Positions 1 through 14,845 of a DNA stretch of 64,000 nt are shown one piece after another. The stretch covers positions 424,204,001 through 424,268,000 of the forward strand of contig OZ024740.1 of NCBI GenBank assembly GCA_964016885.1, in the 5' to 3' direction. The first letter of the stretch is position 1. Every line of letters starts with the position of its first letter. Below the pieces are notes generated by a model, which saw only the letters and a list, made by a program, of their open reading frames with translations, was not told the DNA's origin and ran no database searches. A program made the translations under genes and the position numbers. The stretch comes from Eledone cirrhosa (taxonomy: Eukaryota).

Positions 1-94
1 TCTCCACTAAACATCCAAACTTATATATATTGATATATTGAGTTTTACATATGCAGATCACCATTATTAGTTTACTTAATATCTTATATTTCAG

Positions 95-724
95 TGGGGT
101 GTTAAACAACATGCTTTACAGCATAGAGTTTACATTTTAAGTTCAAATCCTGCTGAGATTGCTTTGCCTTTCATCCTTACATGGTCGATAAAATAAAGTA
201 CCAGTAACACAGTGAGGTTGATTTAATTGACTTTCCCCCCTCCAAAATGTCTGGCCTTGAGCCTAATCAGAAACAATTATTATTATTATTAATCCCTTTA
301 TGATCTGAGTTCAAATCCCGCCGAGGTTAACTTTGCCTTTCGTTCTTATGGGGTCGATAAAATAAAGTACCAGTAATGTACTGGGTAATTGCTGACCTTG
401 TGCCTAAAATAGAAACAATTATTATTAATTGGTAGAGCATCGGACAACATGCTTTGTAACATATAGCCATAGCCCTCTATATTCTGAGTTCAAATCCCCT
501 CTCCCAAAATTGTTGGCCTTGTGCCTACTAGATCAGAGACGCAGTATCGGTAGACGGTCTGACGCCATGCTTTGCAGCATAGAGTTACGGCCCTTACCAT
601 TCTGAGTTCAAATCCTGCCGAGGCTAACTTTGCCTTTCATCCTTACGTGGTCGATAAAATAAAGTACCAGTAATACACTGGGATAATTGCTGGCCTTGTG
701 CCAAAAGTAGAAACAATTATTATT
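95..724 (+). mobile_element. Head-to-tail cluster of ~4 SINE family A copies (tRNA-derived)
   Basis: Repeated B-box-like GAGTTCAAATCC, core CTTTGCCTTTCATCCTTACGGGGTCGATAAAATAAAGTACCAGT, tail GGCCTTGTGCCAAAAGTAGAAACA(ATT)n; same unit recurs >20 times in the window. Confidence 0.85.
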
Positions 725-743
725 CTTTTTAGGGGTTATATGA

Positions 744-796
744 GGTGAAGTGTATTTCAGATGGGGTGAAGTGTATTTCAGATGGGGTGAAGTGTG
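744..796. repeat. 22-bp tandem repeat, ~2.5 copies
   Basis: GGTGAAGTGTATTTCAGATGGG repeated. Confidence 0.8.
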
Positions 797-2249
797 TCAC
801 ACTTTGTTTTATTTACATTCTACTGCTGCTCCTTACTATTCCTCTCTATATCACATAAAAACACATTGAGAATAAGGTGAAAGAAGTTGGAACTTGTAGC
901 TATCTGTGTGTGTGTGTGTAATAAGTTATATTTGCCCTCCATTCCACCACTACAGACTACACTCTCCTCCCTACCACAGTCAACACTAACACCAACACAG
1001 TTGTTGAGCATTTCAATTTTAACACGCAACCAAAAGAATACATATTCTTGCATATGCATACATATTTACATGAGTATGTGTGTATACATATTTATGTCTG
1101 TATGTATGTATGTGTTTATGTGTGCATATTGTTGCATGTACACACCCACGTGATGATGATGTTTAGCACAGAAGACAGCCTAAATTTCCTGTTCCTACCA
1201 GCAGCATTATGTGTCAACAATGACATTCACATGGAAATATGGAAACTTCAATCTATGAATTCTATTATGAATAGACTGCTTTTTTTTTTCTTTCTCTCTC
1301 TCTCTCTCCCTCTCTCTCACACTCTGACTTTCTCTCACTCTCTTTCTCGCCCTTTCTCTCCTCTCTCACCCTCTTTCTCTCTCTCCGTTCTCCTTTTATT
1401 TTTGTTTATTTCTCTTCTTTTCCAATATTCTTCCCAAGAATTGGTTATCACTTGGGAGTTTACACATCGCGTTCACCATGTAGCAATTCCACAAAACACA
1501 GTCTTTGCTAAAATATATGCTAATGACATAATACCATTGCTACCAAGAATTGGATGAATATTTAAGTGTGTGTGTTAATTTAACCTTTTCAAATACATAT
1601 ACATCTTAACAGGAGATAAATAAATGGATGACTGCATGGTATTTGACTTAGGAAAGAGAAAAAAATAGCAGTGAGTGGATATTACAGTTTTGAGTTCAAA
1701 TTTACACAGATCAATTGGTGACAGTTGCTTCTGACAGGACCTGCTGGAATAACCAAATGAGGTTTATTTTTCAACATAGTCCCTGGAAAGAAACAATGCA
1801 GTTATTAATTAGAAGAGTTGAAATTAATGCATGCACGATTTCACAGCTCTAGCATCATCCTTCTAAGTCAGCCTATGAACTTCTTTGCTAACCCTCGTAT
1901 AAACATGAAGGGTATGAATCTGAGTACAGTAGTATCAATATCCATTTTCTTGAACCTTAAACAAGCCAATGTGGTTGTTTGATTTGCTAGTATTAGCATT
2001 AAAATTTCTCTCAAATCATGATGAATGAAAGACTCCTGGAATTGTCATATGGGATAGGTCTGGACAAGATTTTCTTTGTGGACAAGTTGTTCCTCATGTA
2101 TCCCTGTCTCCCATCACTACTGATGTTCTCTAAACAAAGGGCTAATATGTATAAAGCAAGGCATTAATACCACCACAACGCTGCCAATTCATGGCCTTCT
2201 TCAAATCATGTCAGCAAAGGATGTCATTTATAATGTGCTCTGAAAAACA

Positions 2250-2365
2250 AATGGTCATGGATAGATGGTCATTGTTGGGTCATTGTTGGATGGTCATAGA
2301 TAGATGGTCATGGATAGATGGTCATTGTTGGATGGTCATGGCTAGATGGTCATGGCTAGATAGTC
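2250..2365. repeat. Degenerate short tandem repeat
   Basis: Recurring GATGGTCATGGATA / GGTCATTGTTGG units. Confidence 0.7.
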
Positions 2366-3570
2366 AAGATTAGAATGCTTATAGTCATAGGTGACCCCAA
2401 TCAGTGTGGACCTGGTCCCTGTCGACAAGACTAAAACCGTAAAAATACAACCTAGCATAATTTAGATTTAAATGGAGAATCACAAGGTTACAAACATTAA
2501 ACACTCCACTGATCCAGTCTAACTTTGGTAAAAATATATTTTCTCATGTTTCTGGCTATTTCCTTCATAATTGTATTAGAAATAAGAATAGTTACAAATA
2601 TACACACACACACAGACATATACGCACATAGACAAATACAAACACACACACACATATACACGCATAGACAAATACAAACACATATGCGCACATAGACAAA
2701 TACAAACACACACACATACATACATATACGCACATAGACAAATAGAAATACACATACACACATAGACAAATACAAACACATACATAAACACATATTCAGG
2801 CACACATACACACACTCATATTATTATTATTTATATTTAAATATTTATTTATTTATTGAAATACAAACACACATTACACACACACACTCATACACAGACA
2901 CATACTCACACATACACACATAATATTAGTATTATTATTATTATTCATATTTACGTTTATTTATTCATTTATTGAAATAATACTTTGGTTAATTTCATGT
3001 TTTTCTCTCCATATTTAGTTTCCCAAATTAATGAAAGTTTCATTTTACTCTAATTAGTACAAGTATTTAACACTAAACAATATAGCCCCCACCACACACA
3101 CACACATACATATACACATCGTTAAAATACCTCATATCATTGCAGACTTTAAATGAAGTTTACAAATAAATAAAATATGTGCAAAAAATATTAAATTTGA
3201 TATTGAAATAATGATTAATTTAACCATTATATATATATGTATATATATCTTTATATGCATATAAATGTATATGAAATAAACTGTATTAGAGACAGTTTAC
3301 TTTGTAGAGTTATATATATGTATGTGTGTGTGTGTGTGTATATATATATATGTGTGTGTGTGTGTGCTCATTGGCTAAAATCTGTTCTGAAATAGACACT
3401 TTTAATTTCATGTTTCCACTTGTTGTTTAGCCCCAGGTCAACCATGATTAGGCAGATATATTGATCATGAACATTTTTGCTATGATCAGCTTATTTTATT
3501 TTTTCAGAGGTACTGTATCTGTGTCCCTTTTTTTAAGTTACATGTGTTGTTTGAGGGAGGTTTTGGCTGA

Positions 3571-3850
3571 GTGCTGCTTGGCCTAGTGGTAAGTGTGTTG
3601 GACTTATGATCATAATGTCATGGGTTCGATTCCTGGACTGAGTTGTGTTCTCTTCTTGAGCAAAACAGTTCATTACACATTGCTCTGATATACTCAGCTG
3701 AAAATAAGTACCAGCTATATCTGGAGGTTTAACCCTGTGATGGACTGGCATCTTGTCTAGGGCTAATCTTGTACTCTCAGTTGCTTCATGCCACGGAAAC
3801 CAGGATAAACACCAGCCTGATGAGCATGAAGGCTCGAGACAGACCTAGAC
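3571..3850 (+). mobile_element. SINE family B (tRNA head + CORE-like domain + distinct tail)
   Basis: A-box TGGCCTAGTGG, B-box GGTTCGATTCC, CORE-like TTCTTGAGCAAAACAGTTCATT..CACATTGCTC; sibling copies at 44.2 kb (-) and 61.4 kb (+). Confidence 0.8.
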
Positions 3851-3857
3851 TACATTA

Positions 3858-4142
3858 ATCCAATCTAAACCAGAGCCACTCCTGTTGGATGAACCCCTCC
3901 CTGGTTGCACTACTTTCTGTTTGGTTTTGGCCAATTGTGGGTTTGTGAAGCTATTTAACCCATAGTTGGGGTGGATGAATCTTGAGGAGTTCACCTGCCC
4001 TTTTAACAGCTCTTGTTTCTTGTACTGCTAGGGTTTCACTTACCCTACTCAAACAGACCAGGGTCTGATGTGGGAGCCAGTCACTCCACAATGTTGTACT
4101 GGGTTACATGGTACCAGTAGCAAGCAGAAGCCTCACCTGACC
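3858..4142 (-). mobile_element. Unclassified dispersed repeat, copy 1
   Basis: Reverse complement aligns by eye to 50475-50828 (TGGTACCATGTAACCCAGTAC, CCCACAATTGGCCAA, CCAAAACCAAACAGAAAG). Confidence 0.7.
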
Positions 4143-4179
4143 ATATAACATTATTATGAACAGCAAATAAAGGGCGGTG

Positions 4180-4363
4180 GTTTAACAGTATCAGTAGAGT
4201 GTTGGATACCATGCTTTCCAGCATAGTTACGTCCCTTTATGTTCTGAGCTCAAATCCCGCCGAGGTTAACTTTGCCTTTCATCCTTACTGGGTCGATAAA
4301 ATAAAGTACCAGTAATACACTGGGATAATTGTTGGCCTTGTGCCAAAAGTAGAAACAATTATT
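4180..4363 (+). mobile_element. SINE family A
   Basis: Head, core and (ATT) tail present. Confidence 0.85.
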
Positions 4364-4507
4364 AGGGACAGCAAAATTTAAGCCAATATTAATTGAGATC
4401 AGTGTGTCAGTTTACTACATACATCTTCGAGATATTTGTTTTATGTCCTACACAAACAATACAATCTGCATTATAATGATTCAACGAGGCTGAGGTATAT
4501 ATATATA

Positions 4508-5222
4508 TCATCATCATTGTTTAACGTCCATCTTCCACGCTGGCATGGGTTAGATGGAAATTGTCCCACTTGAGGCAAGATTGATCAGGTGACTGTGTCT
4601 CGCTCGTATAGGATTATCTGGCAGATTTTCTACGGCTAGATGCCCTTCCTAACACCAACCACATTTTCAGTGTTTACTGGGATCTTTTTACCGTGTTTCC
4701 TACACAACCACATTACAGCATAGACTGTTTTTTGTCATGGCACCTACACAACCTCTTTAGTTTGGACTGGATGTTATTGTACCAACATAATTTTATAGAG
4801 AAAGGGTGGTGTGGGTGGAAATGGGAGGATGGAGTAGACGTGGATTGGGGTGTATATTTGGTTAGGAGGGGCCTACTGACTGTAGGTTAACTTTGCACAT
4901 AGGGAAGGCGGGTCTTCTATATTACTTACTGCATGGCGCCAAAGATCTCGATCCAGTGACATTGTCTTAGAGAGGTGTATCATGTCATCCCAGGTTTTTC
5001 TGGGTCTACCTACTCCGTAACTTCATCAATTTTGATCGCCCTGCACTTTTTTATACAGCTGTCATACTTCATACGCATCACATGACCATACCAAAGTAAT
5101 CTTCTCTCAAGTAAACATCACCTGATCCCTCTTATTCCTAATTTCACACTTTGTTCGTTTGTTTTGCCATTTGTGTATATTACTATACACATCCAACGGA
5201 GCATGCATGCTTTGTTCCTTTC
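4508..5222 (-). mobile_element. 5'-truncated, internally deleted RTE LINE
   Basis: Minus-strand [13 protein letters not shown]...KLGIRGIR, 3' UTR homologous to 17.7-18.05 kb, (GAT)n tail at ~4508. Confidence 0.85.
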
Positions 5223-5257
<35 letters not shown>

Positions 5258-5701
5258 GTGTAATTTGATTAACATAATAGGAGGCCAGACTGGGGATATA
5301 TATCAGGGGCAAAGGGTGTGTGCATTCAACGCATGCAGTGCATGCGTTATAGAATCTTCAGTTGATCAATTGCGTCGGTTGAAGCAAGCAGAATTTTGTC
5401 TGCTTACTAAATCGTAGACACATAAAAAGATAACACACACACATACACTAGATAACACTACATGTGGCTTTGACCGGGAGGGTCATTTAGATGGAATTGG
5501 GGGGAGGTAAGGCTGCACAGCCCCACTTTCCGCCATGGCAATTGGACTGCATGCCTTGCTTTCCAGGTTACCCTTCGTCACTGATATATGTGTGTCTAAC
5601 TTTTAAAATCTAGATTAACATCAATATGGATTAGTACCAATAAGGGTTTCTATCTGGCCCTTTAGAAAAATTGCTTGAGAATGCCTCATCCAACCCATGC
5701 T

Positions 5702-5901
5702 NNNNNNNNNNNNNNNNNNNNNNNNNNNNNNNNNNNNNNNNNNNNNNNNNNNNNNNNNNNNNNNNNNNNNNNNNNNNNNNNNNNNNNNNNNNNNNNNNNN
5801 NNNNNNNNNNNNNNNNNNNNNNNNNNNNNNNNNNNNNNNNNNNNNNNNNNNNNNNNNNNNNNNNNNNNNNNNNNNNNNNNNNNNNNNNNNNNNNNNNNNN
5901 N
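5702..5901. other. Assembly gap (200 N)
   Basis: Run of n. Confidence 0.99.
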
Positions 5902-8365
<2,464 letters not shown>

Positions 8366-8369
8366 TATA

Positions 8370-8591
8370 CAGTTTACTCAGCTGTAAAAATGAGATGATA
8401 GGACTGGGGTCCCTATCATTCCACTGCAAAGTGGTCGTGGAAGGTGCCACGGCAAAAAAAGCACTCAGCACTCACTGTAAATGAGGTTGGTGTTAGGAAG
8501 GGCATCCAGCTGTAGAAATCAAGCCAGAATCAGTTCCCGCCCCACCCTTGCAAGCAGGGAAAAGCGGACGTAAAATGATGATGATGATGAT
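8370..8591 (+). mobile_element. 5'-truncated SINE family C (CORE-like end + RTE tail)
   Basis: Matches reverse complement of ~41196-41410; ends GGACGTAAAAT(GAT)n. Confidence 0.8.
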
Positions 8592-8790
8592 ATATAGTAT
8601 ATATATATAGTATAGATATATAGATATATATATATAGTATATAAGTAGATATATATAGTATATAGTATGCAGGAGGTGAGTTTTATTGTAGTACATTAAA
8701 GTAATGCAGATATCGGATAAGAAGCACTCTACAGTTTGTACGACTGGAGTATACATAATATATAAGATCAAAAGATGGTTAAATGAGTTC

Positions 8791-8875
8791 CATGTATTTT
8801 ATTATGCGCAATTCAAAAACAAATATCATCATGCAATAACATTTGTGTTTTCATCAGATAAAATAGGAAGACATG
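8791..8875 (-). ncRNA. Degenerate type-I hammerhead ribozyme (PLE type)
   Basis: Minus strand: UAUUUUAU-CUGAUGA-stem II-GAAU-UGCGCA-UA-AUAAAAUA; perfect 8-bp stem I, palindromic stem III, one core change (GAAA>GAAU). Confidence 0.7.
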
Positions 8876-9228
8876 TTATGAAGGTTAAAAAACACTTGTG
8901 AATAGTGCAGTTTTAAATCAACATATGAAAAGTAGTTTTAGATTGATGTGTGATATTGGGGGAAAATTTTTTTTGAGGGGGTGGGGTGGAAAGGATGAAA
9001 AAGAGCAGGAGATGAGAGTAAAAAGTGGAGGGGGAGGAGTATAATGAGGAAGGATGAGATCGGAGGAGAGATGGGTGATAGAGAGAGAGAGATAGCTTTT
9101 ATAACTGAGAAAAATATATTGTTTTACATAGAGAGGTTGAAAAACCGTTGGAAGATAATTTATAAATTGAAAGAATTTGAAAATCAATGAAGAGAAAAAT
9201 AATGTAAAGTTAAGGTTTGTATATTGAA

Positions 9229-9393
9229 GGCTTTAATAATATGTGCGATGAAAAGAAATTGTTAATATGTATTAAGAATAATATTTAAGGGTTTAATAAT
9301 ATGTGCGATGGAAAGAAAATGTTAATATGCATTAAGAATAATATTTAAGGGTTTAATAATATGTGCGATGGAAAGAAAATGTTGATATGTAAT
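9229..9393. repeat. 60-bp tandem repeat, ~2.7 copies
   Basis: TTTAATAATATGTGCGATG recurs at 60-bp period (ATGTGCGATG at 9241, 9301, 9361). Confidence 0.9.
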
Positions 9394-9752
9394 ATTAAAA
9401 AAAAAAAAAAGTAATGTAAGTAAGGATATATTGTGAGATGAGCATGAATAAGTTAGATGAAAGTGAGAAAAAAATAATGAATAGAGGATGAATAATCTAA
9501 CGTCAAAAAAAATGTTTATGTTTACGAAGGATTTTTTCAAGGTGATATAAAGTAAGAATATATTGTATTGTGTAATAATTGTTTCTATGTTAGGCACAGT
9601 GGGAAAAGGTACAGATTAGGGGTTAGAAATTAAAAGAAAAAGAAAAGAAAAGGAAAAGGAAAAGGAAGAAAGGGAAGTGATAAATAGGAGTGATATAGAA
9701 TATAATAAATAACTTTGAAATAAGGTAGAAAGATGGGTATATTTTTAAAGAA

Positions 9753-9797
<45 letters not shown>

Positions 9798-9904
9798 CCT
9801 TTGAGAAAAGGATTCTGAATTGATAAAGTTTTGGATATTAGCTGTATACTTTATGGAAAGTTCTGTGGAATTTATGCAAGCAGAGAGAAAACAAGTCAGT
9901 GCGT

Positions 9905-10597
9905 CTTTAGTGCCTTAAATAAATGCTTCCCTCCCTCACATATCTATAGTAAAATATTTAACAAACACTATAAAATTTTCCTATTCGACATCCTCCAACA
10001 TTTCCAACATTATCTCTAAACAAAACAATAAAATACTAAATACTAAATCTCTTCCTTCCAATACTGAATATCATAATAATAGTAATAGTACTCCCAACGT
10101 CATTGTAAACTCTAGGCTAATTTCTGCAAACCCAAATACAACGTCAAACACAACTTCGCTAAATGTTCTTAGTCCCATTCTAAATCAAGAAACTATTATT
10201 CCTATCGCAAATAACTTTTCCAATCCAATTCCTCCTATAGATAACACTAGGCCACTCGTTAATAATCGCAATTGCAATTGCCCTGCTAAAAATAAATGTC
10301 CTCTCAACAACCATTGTCTTGATAAAAACCTAATCTACGAACGTAAAGTTGTAACTGACACCAATTCCTTCACCTATATATATATTTATACTATATATAT
10401 ATAGTATATATATTTATACTATATATATATAGTATAAATATATATACTATATATATATAGTATAAATATATATACTATATATATATAGTATAAATATATA
10501 TACTATATATATATAGTATAAATATATATATAGATATATATAGTATAAATATATATACTATATATATATAGTATAAATATATATATAGATATATATA

Positions 10598-10631
<34 letters not shown>

Positions 10632-10697
10632 TAAATATATATATATATATATATAGTATAAATATATGTAGATAAATCTACCAAAAGTTTACGGTAG
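9905..10697 (+). pseudogene. Penelope-like element fragment 1 (Naiad-type linker + start of GIY-YIG), frameshifted and split by a TA array
   Basis: KCFPPSHIYSKIFNKH / frameshift / TIKFSYSTSSNISNIISKQNNK...CNCPAKNKCPLNNHCLDKNLIYERKV...FTYI; CxCx5CP motif typical of Naiad PLEs. Confidence 0.8.
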
Positions 10698-10742
10698 TGT
10701 CCAATCCGTATGAAGAACTCAATGTAATCCGGATATCATGGA

Positions 10743-11309
10743 AAGAAGAGATGCATTCAAAAATCACTTTTTTATCAAAATATAAGTGCCTATAATGCAT
10801 ATAAATGTAAAAAAAACATAAGTATACCACCAATACATCAAACTAACCATAATATCTCCTCAAATACAGAATTAACGAAAGGTTGTAACTGTAGAAACAA
10901 AGCAAACTGCCCATTAAAAGGAAATTGTCTTGTTAACAACATAGTTTATAAATGTAAAGTTAAAACTAAAGATTCTATTTGCTCATATATAGGAGCTACT
11001 TCTAACAATTTTAAGGTAAGGTTTAATACCCACAAACATAGTTTTAAAAATGCCGCACTGGCTAATACAACATCTCTAGCAGAAAAAATTAATAGTTATA
11101 GAAATAAGAATATAGAATATGATATGACCTGGAGTGTGCTCAAAAGAGCCACCCCTTATCAAAATAATAGAAATGAATGTAGATTATGTTCCCAAGAACT
11201 ATTTGAAATAATGAAATCTAAGGATATCCTATTAAATAAGCGACAGGAATTAATTATATCGTGTAATCATAAACTGAGAAAAACATTTAAATATTATAAA
11301 CCTAATTAA
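10743..11309 (+). pseudogene. Penelope-like element fragment 2: GIY-YIG endonuclease C-terminus (Naiad-type)
   Basis: Open frame CNCRNKANCPLKGNCLVNNIVYKCKV...SYIGATSNNFKVRFNTHKHSF...WSVL...CRLCSQE...LLNKRQELIISCNH, stop at 11309; no RT upstream. Confidence 0.88.
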
Positions 11310-12140
11310 TAATATATATTTTAGAAATTAATATATAATTTAATTTAAATGTAGTTAACCTATAATTTTAATTTAATTAAAATTCTACTACAGATGAGAT
11401 TAAAAAATATTGTGTAATCATAAATTGTGAAAAACTTTTAAATATTATTAACATAATTAATATATACTTTGGAAATTAATTTATAGATTAATTTTAGTTT
11501 ATTTAACCTTTTATTAAAATTCCTTTACAGATGAAATATAACAAAATATCGTGTAATCAATAACAGAGAAATACTTTTTAATATTATAAACCTAATTAAT
11601 GTACAATTTAGAAATTAATTTATAAATTAATTTTAATTTAGTTAACCTATAATTTTAATTTAGTTAACTTAAAATTAAAATTCTAATACAGATGGATTGC
11701 AGAATATCATGTAATCATAAACTGAGATAAACTTTTAAATATATACCTAATTAATATATTCTTTACAAATAAATATATATATTAATTTTAATTAACCTAT
11801 AATTATATTCTACTATAGATAAAATACAAAATCTGCTTTAATTATTATAAACCTAATTAACATATACTATAGAAATTAATATATAATTTTTAGTTTAGTT
11901 AACCTATAATTTATATTCTACTACCGATGAAATACTTGATTTGGTTTTCCCTATTACTAAATTCATTTCCTAAAATTGATACCATAATGTTAATATTTTT
12001 AATTTAGTTATGCTATAATTAATACTCTACTACTGTTTAACTTCAAAATTCCGCTTTAAATATTATAAACCTAAGTAGTATGCACCTTAGAAATCAATAT
12101 ATTAATTATTTTTAATTTAGTTAACCTATAATTAATAGTC
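11255..12140 (+). repeat. Diverged ~140-160-bp tandem duplications of the PLE ORF end / 3' UTR
   Basis: (G)TGTAATCA..AAATATTATAAACCTAATTAA..GTTAACCTATAATT units start near 11257, 11407, 11546, 11704; partial copies near 11840 and 12055. Confidence 0.75.
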
Positions 12141-12419
12141 TACTTATATTAAAATGCATAATTTTGCCTTCTTTCTTACATTTCCTAATACTGAAACTAC
12201 TATGTAAACACATATTATGATCTAAATGCAGATTAATATTCTATGTTCCTTGAAACCTATATTTACTATTTCCCACTAACAATTTTAATCCCCCCCCCCT
12301 ATAATTATTCGTATTTGTAAGCGTGGATGTATGTATGTGTATGTAAGTATGTATGTATGTTTGGGTGTTTGTATGCGAGTATAAAAATACATATGTGCGC
12401 ATATAAATAAGTGTGTATG

Positions 12420-12458
<39 letters not shown>

Positions 12459-12459
12459 G

Positions 12460-13552
12460 TCATCATCATCACCGTTTTACGTTCGTTCTTCCACGCTAGC
12501 ATGGGTTAGACGGGTTGTCCTGTTGTGGGCAGTGTCTGGTCGGCTGACCATGCCTTGCTCATACAGGAACTGATCTGGCTTGATTTCTACAGCTGGATGC
12601 CCTTCCTAACACCAACCTCATTTACAGTGAGTGCTGGGTGCTTTTTCGTGGCGCCTACACGTCCACTTTACAGTGTGGGCTGGGTGCTTTTTTGCCATGG
12701 CACCTCCACGACCACCTTGCGGTGGGGGGGCATATTGTTTATATGCTTCAGCATGTACCCATGGGAGGTCGGGTACCCTGTATTACTGCGTGACGCCAGA
12801 AGTCACGGTCGTGTGTCATTGACTTTGAGAGGTGTAGTTGGGTAAGGTCGGCTTTTATCACCTCATCCCAAGTCATCTTGGGTCTCCCCACTCCGCGGTT
12901 TCCATCAACTTCTAGTGCTCTGCACCTTTTTATGCAGCTGTCATCCTTCATACGCATCACATGTCCATACCAGCGTAACCGCCTCTCCTGCACGCAGCAT
13001 TTGATTCCTCTTATGCTCAGTCTCTCTCTCAATTCCTTTATGCTTTGTCGTTCACGTATATTACTGTTACACATCCATCGGAGCATGCAGGCTTCGTTTC
13101 TCTCTAATCTACGTAAGTCTTCCACCTTCAGCGCCCAGGTCTCACTACCATGCAACATCGCTGTTCGGATACACGCATCATACAGTCTGCCTTTCATTCT
13201 GAGGGAGAAGCCTTTTGCAGCTAGCAGTGGTAGTAGTTCCCTAAACTTCTTCCATCCCGTTCTTACCCTAGTTATTGTACTTTCTGAGCACCCACCTCCG
13301 CTGCTAATTCGGTCACCTAGGTAGCAGAGGCTGTCTACTGTTTCTACAGGGCCCTCCCAGAGATTGGTGGTACTTGTTTCCTGTGGCTGTTTGCTTGCTG
13401 TTTCAGCACAGCTGCTGCATGTGAATCCTACATTCTTAATTAAGCTTCCTGAGATCCCGCTACATCTCTTGTGTACCCATTGTTTGCATTTGGGGCAGAG
13501 AATGGAGTTCCTACCTACACCTTTCCTACATACTGAGCAAGGCCATTTCCCT
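12460..13552 (-). mobile_element. 5'-truncated RTE LINE (subfamily 2)
   Basis: ORF 12748-13197 ([20 protein letters not shown]...[12 protein letters not shown]...GRPKMTW); truncated at the Cys-rich finger; (GAT)n tail. Confidence 0.93.
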
Positions 13553-13619
13553 GTGTATGTATATATATGTATATATGTATATATATATATCCCATATGTA
13601 TATATATATATCCCATATG

Positions 13620-13650
<31 letters not shown>

Positions 13651-13653
13651 CCC

Positions 13654-13699
<46 letters not shown>

Positions 13700-13812
13700 A
13701 TATATATGTGTGTATGTATGTGTATGTGTATATATATTTGTAGAGATGTGTGTATGTATGTGTATATATGTGCATAATTGTCTGACTGTGTGTATTTATT
13801 TATTTATTTTTT

Positions 13813-13851
<39 letters not shown>

Positions 13852-14184
13852 ATGTGTGTGTATATATATTTATATGTATGTATATATCTATATATATATG
13901 TGTGTATGTATATCTCTATATTTATGTATGTCTGAGTTGTGTGTGAGCGTGTGGTTGTATATGTATATATATATACATGGATAAGTGTATGTGTATGTAT
14001 ATGTATGTGTGTGTGTGTATGTGTATATATATGTGTGTATATATATATGTATATGTATGTATGTGTGTATGTGTATGTACATATATGTGTATATATATGT
14101 GTGTTGTGAGTATATGTATATATATATGTGTGTATGTATGTGTGTGTGTGTATGTTTATATATGTATATGTATATGTCTCTATA

Positions 14185-14223
<39 letters not shown>

Positions 14224-14610
14224 GTATATCGGTATGTATTTTATGTATGAGTATATATTTTACTTGTTTATTTCTTTTAATATATTTCTTTTTATTTCTA
14301 AATTTATAGATACATTTTTATAAATAGGCTGTGTCTGACACCCTCTGTAATTACTGACTCCCTTCACCTATTTTTAGTTCTGCATCTGGATGTAAGTATA
14401 TGTGGCAGTGTTTATGTGTGCGCCTCAATATCCATATAGTTATAATAATAATATATACGTATGTGTGTGTGTGTGTGTATGTATGTGTGTATGTATGTTC
14501 GTGGGTATGTGTATGTTTATGTATATGCGTGTGTGTGTATGAATGTATGTATATGTGTGTATATATGAGTGTATATATGTATGTATACGTATGTGTATTT
14601 TGTCTGTAGA
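13553..14610. repeat. Compound (TA)/(TG)/(TATG) low-complexity tract
   Basis: Direct inspection. Confidence 0.9.
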
Positions 14611-14845
14611 TTATAAACATACAGAGACATTAGCCCTGAATTTTTGTATTTACATACATTTTTTCGACATGCGTATGCATGTGAACATACATTTTTATGC
14701 ATATCTGTGAACGAAGTTACTTACATATATACACACACCTAACTGTATTTTCTTGATATATTTTTGTGTATTTCATTGGTCTATTTGAACTCTGTTCCCA
14801 AACAGACCTGTAATTTTGAATTGTTGTTATTATCAATAAATATAT

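Noticed and set aside
1048-1557. 169-aa ORF (and similar ORFs at 45.0-45.4 kb and 61928-62458)
   Set aside because: Built from simple repeats and low-complexity tracts; no domain or exon evidence
3571-3640. tRNA genes at A/B-box motifs (also 41450-41526, 61405-61480)
   Set aside because: No complete cloverleaf; they continue into SINE bodies
3810-3845. CTGATGAG..CTCGAGAC in the SINE B tail as a hammerhead
   Set aside because: No GAAA in any of the three copies; more likely a 3' recognition stem-loop
5323-5372. Hammerhead on minus strand (CTGAAGA next to the AACGCATGCA-G-TGCATGCGTT hairpin)
   Set aside because: No GAAA, stem III or stem I partner; only a 10-bp hairpin is supported
10270-11270. 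Selenocysteine-encoding Naiad
   Set aside because: Conserved Cys positions use TGT/TGC; no in-frame TGA seen in these fragments
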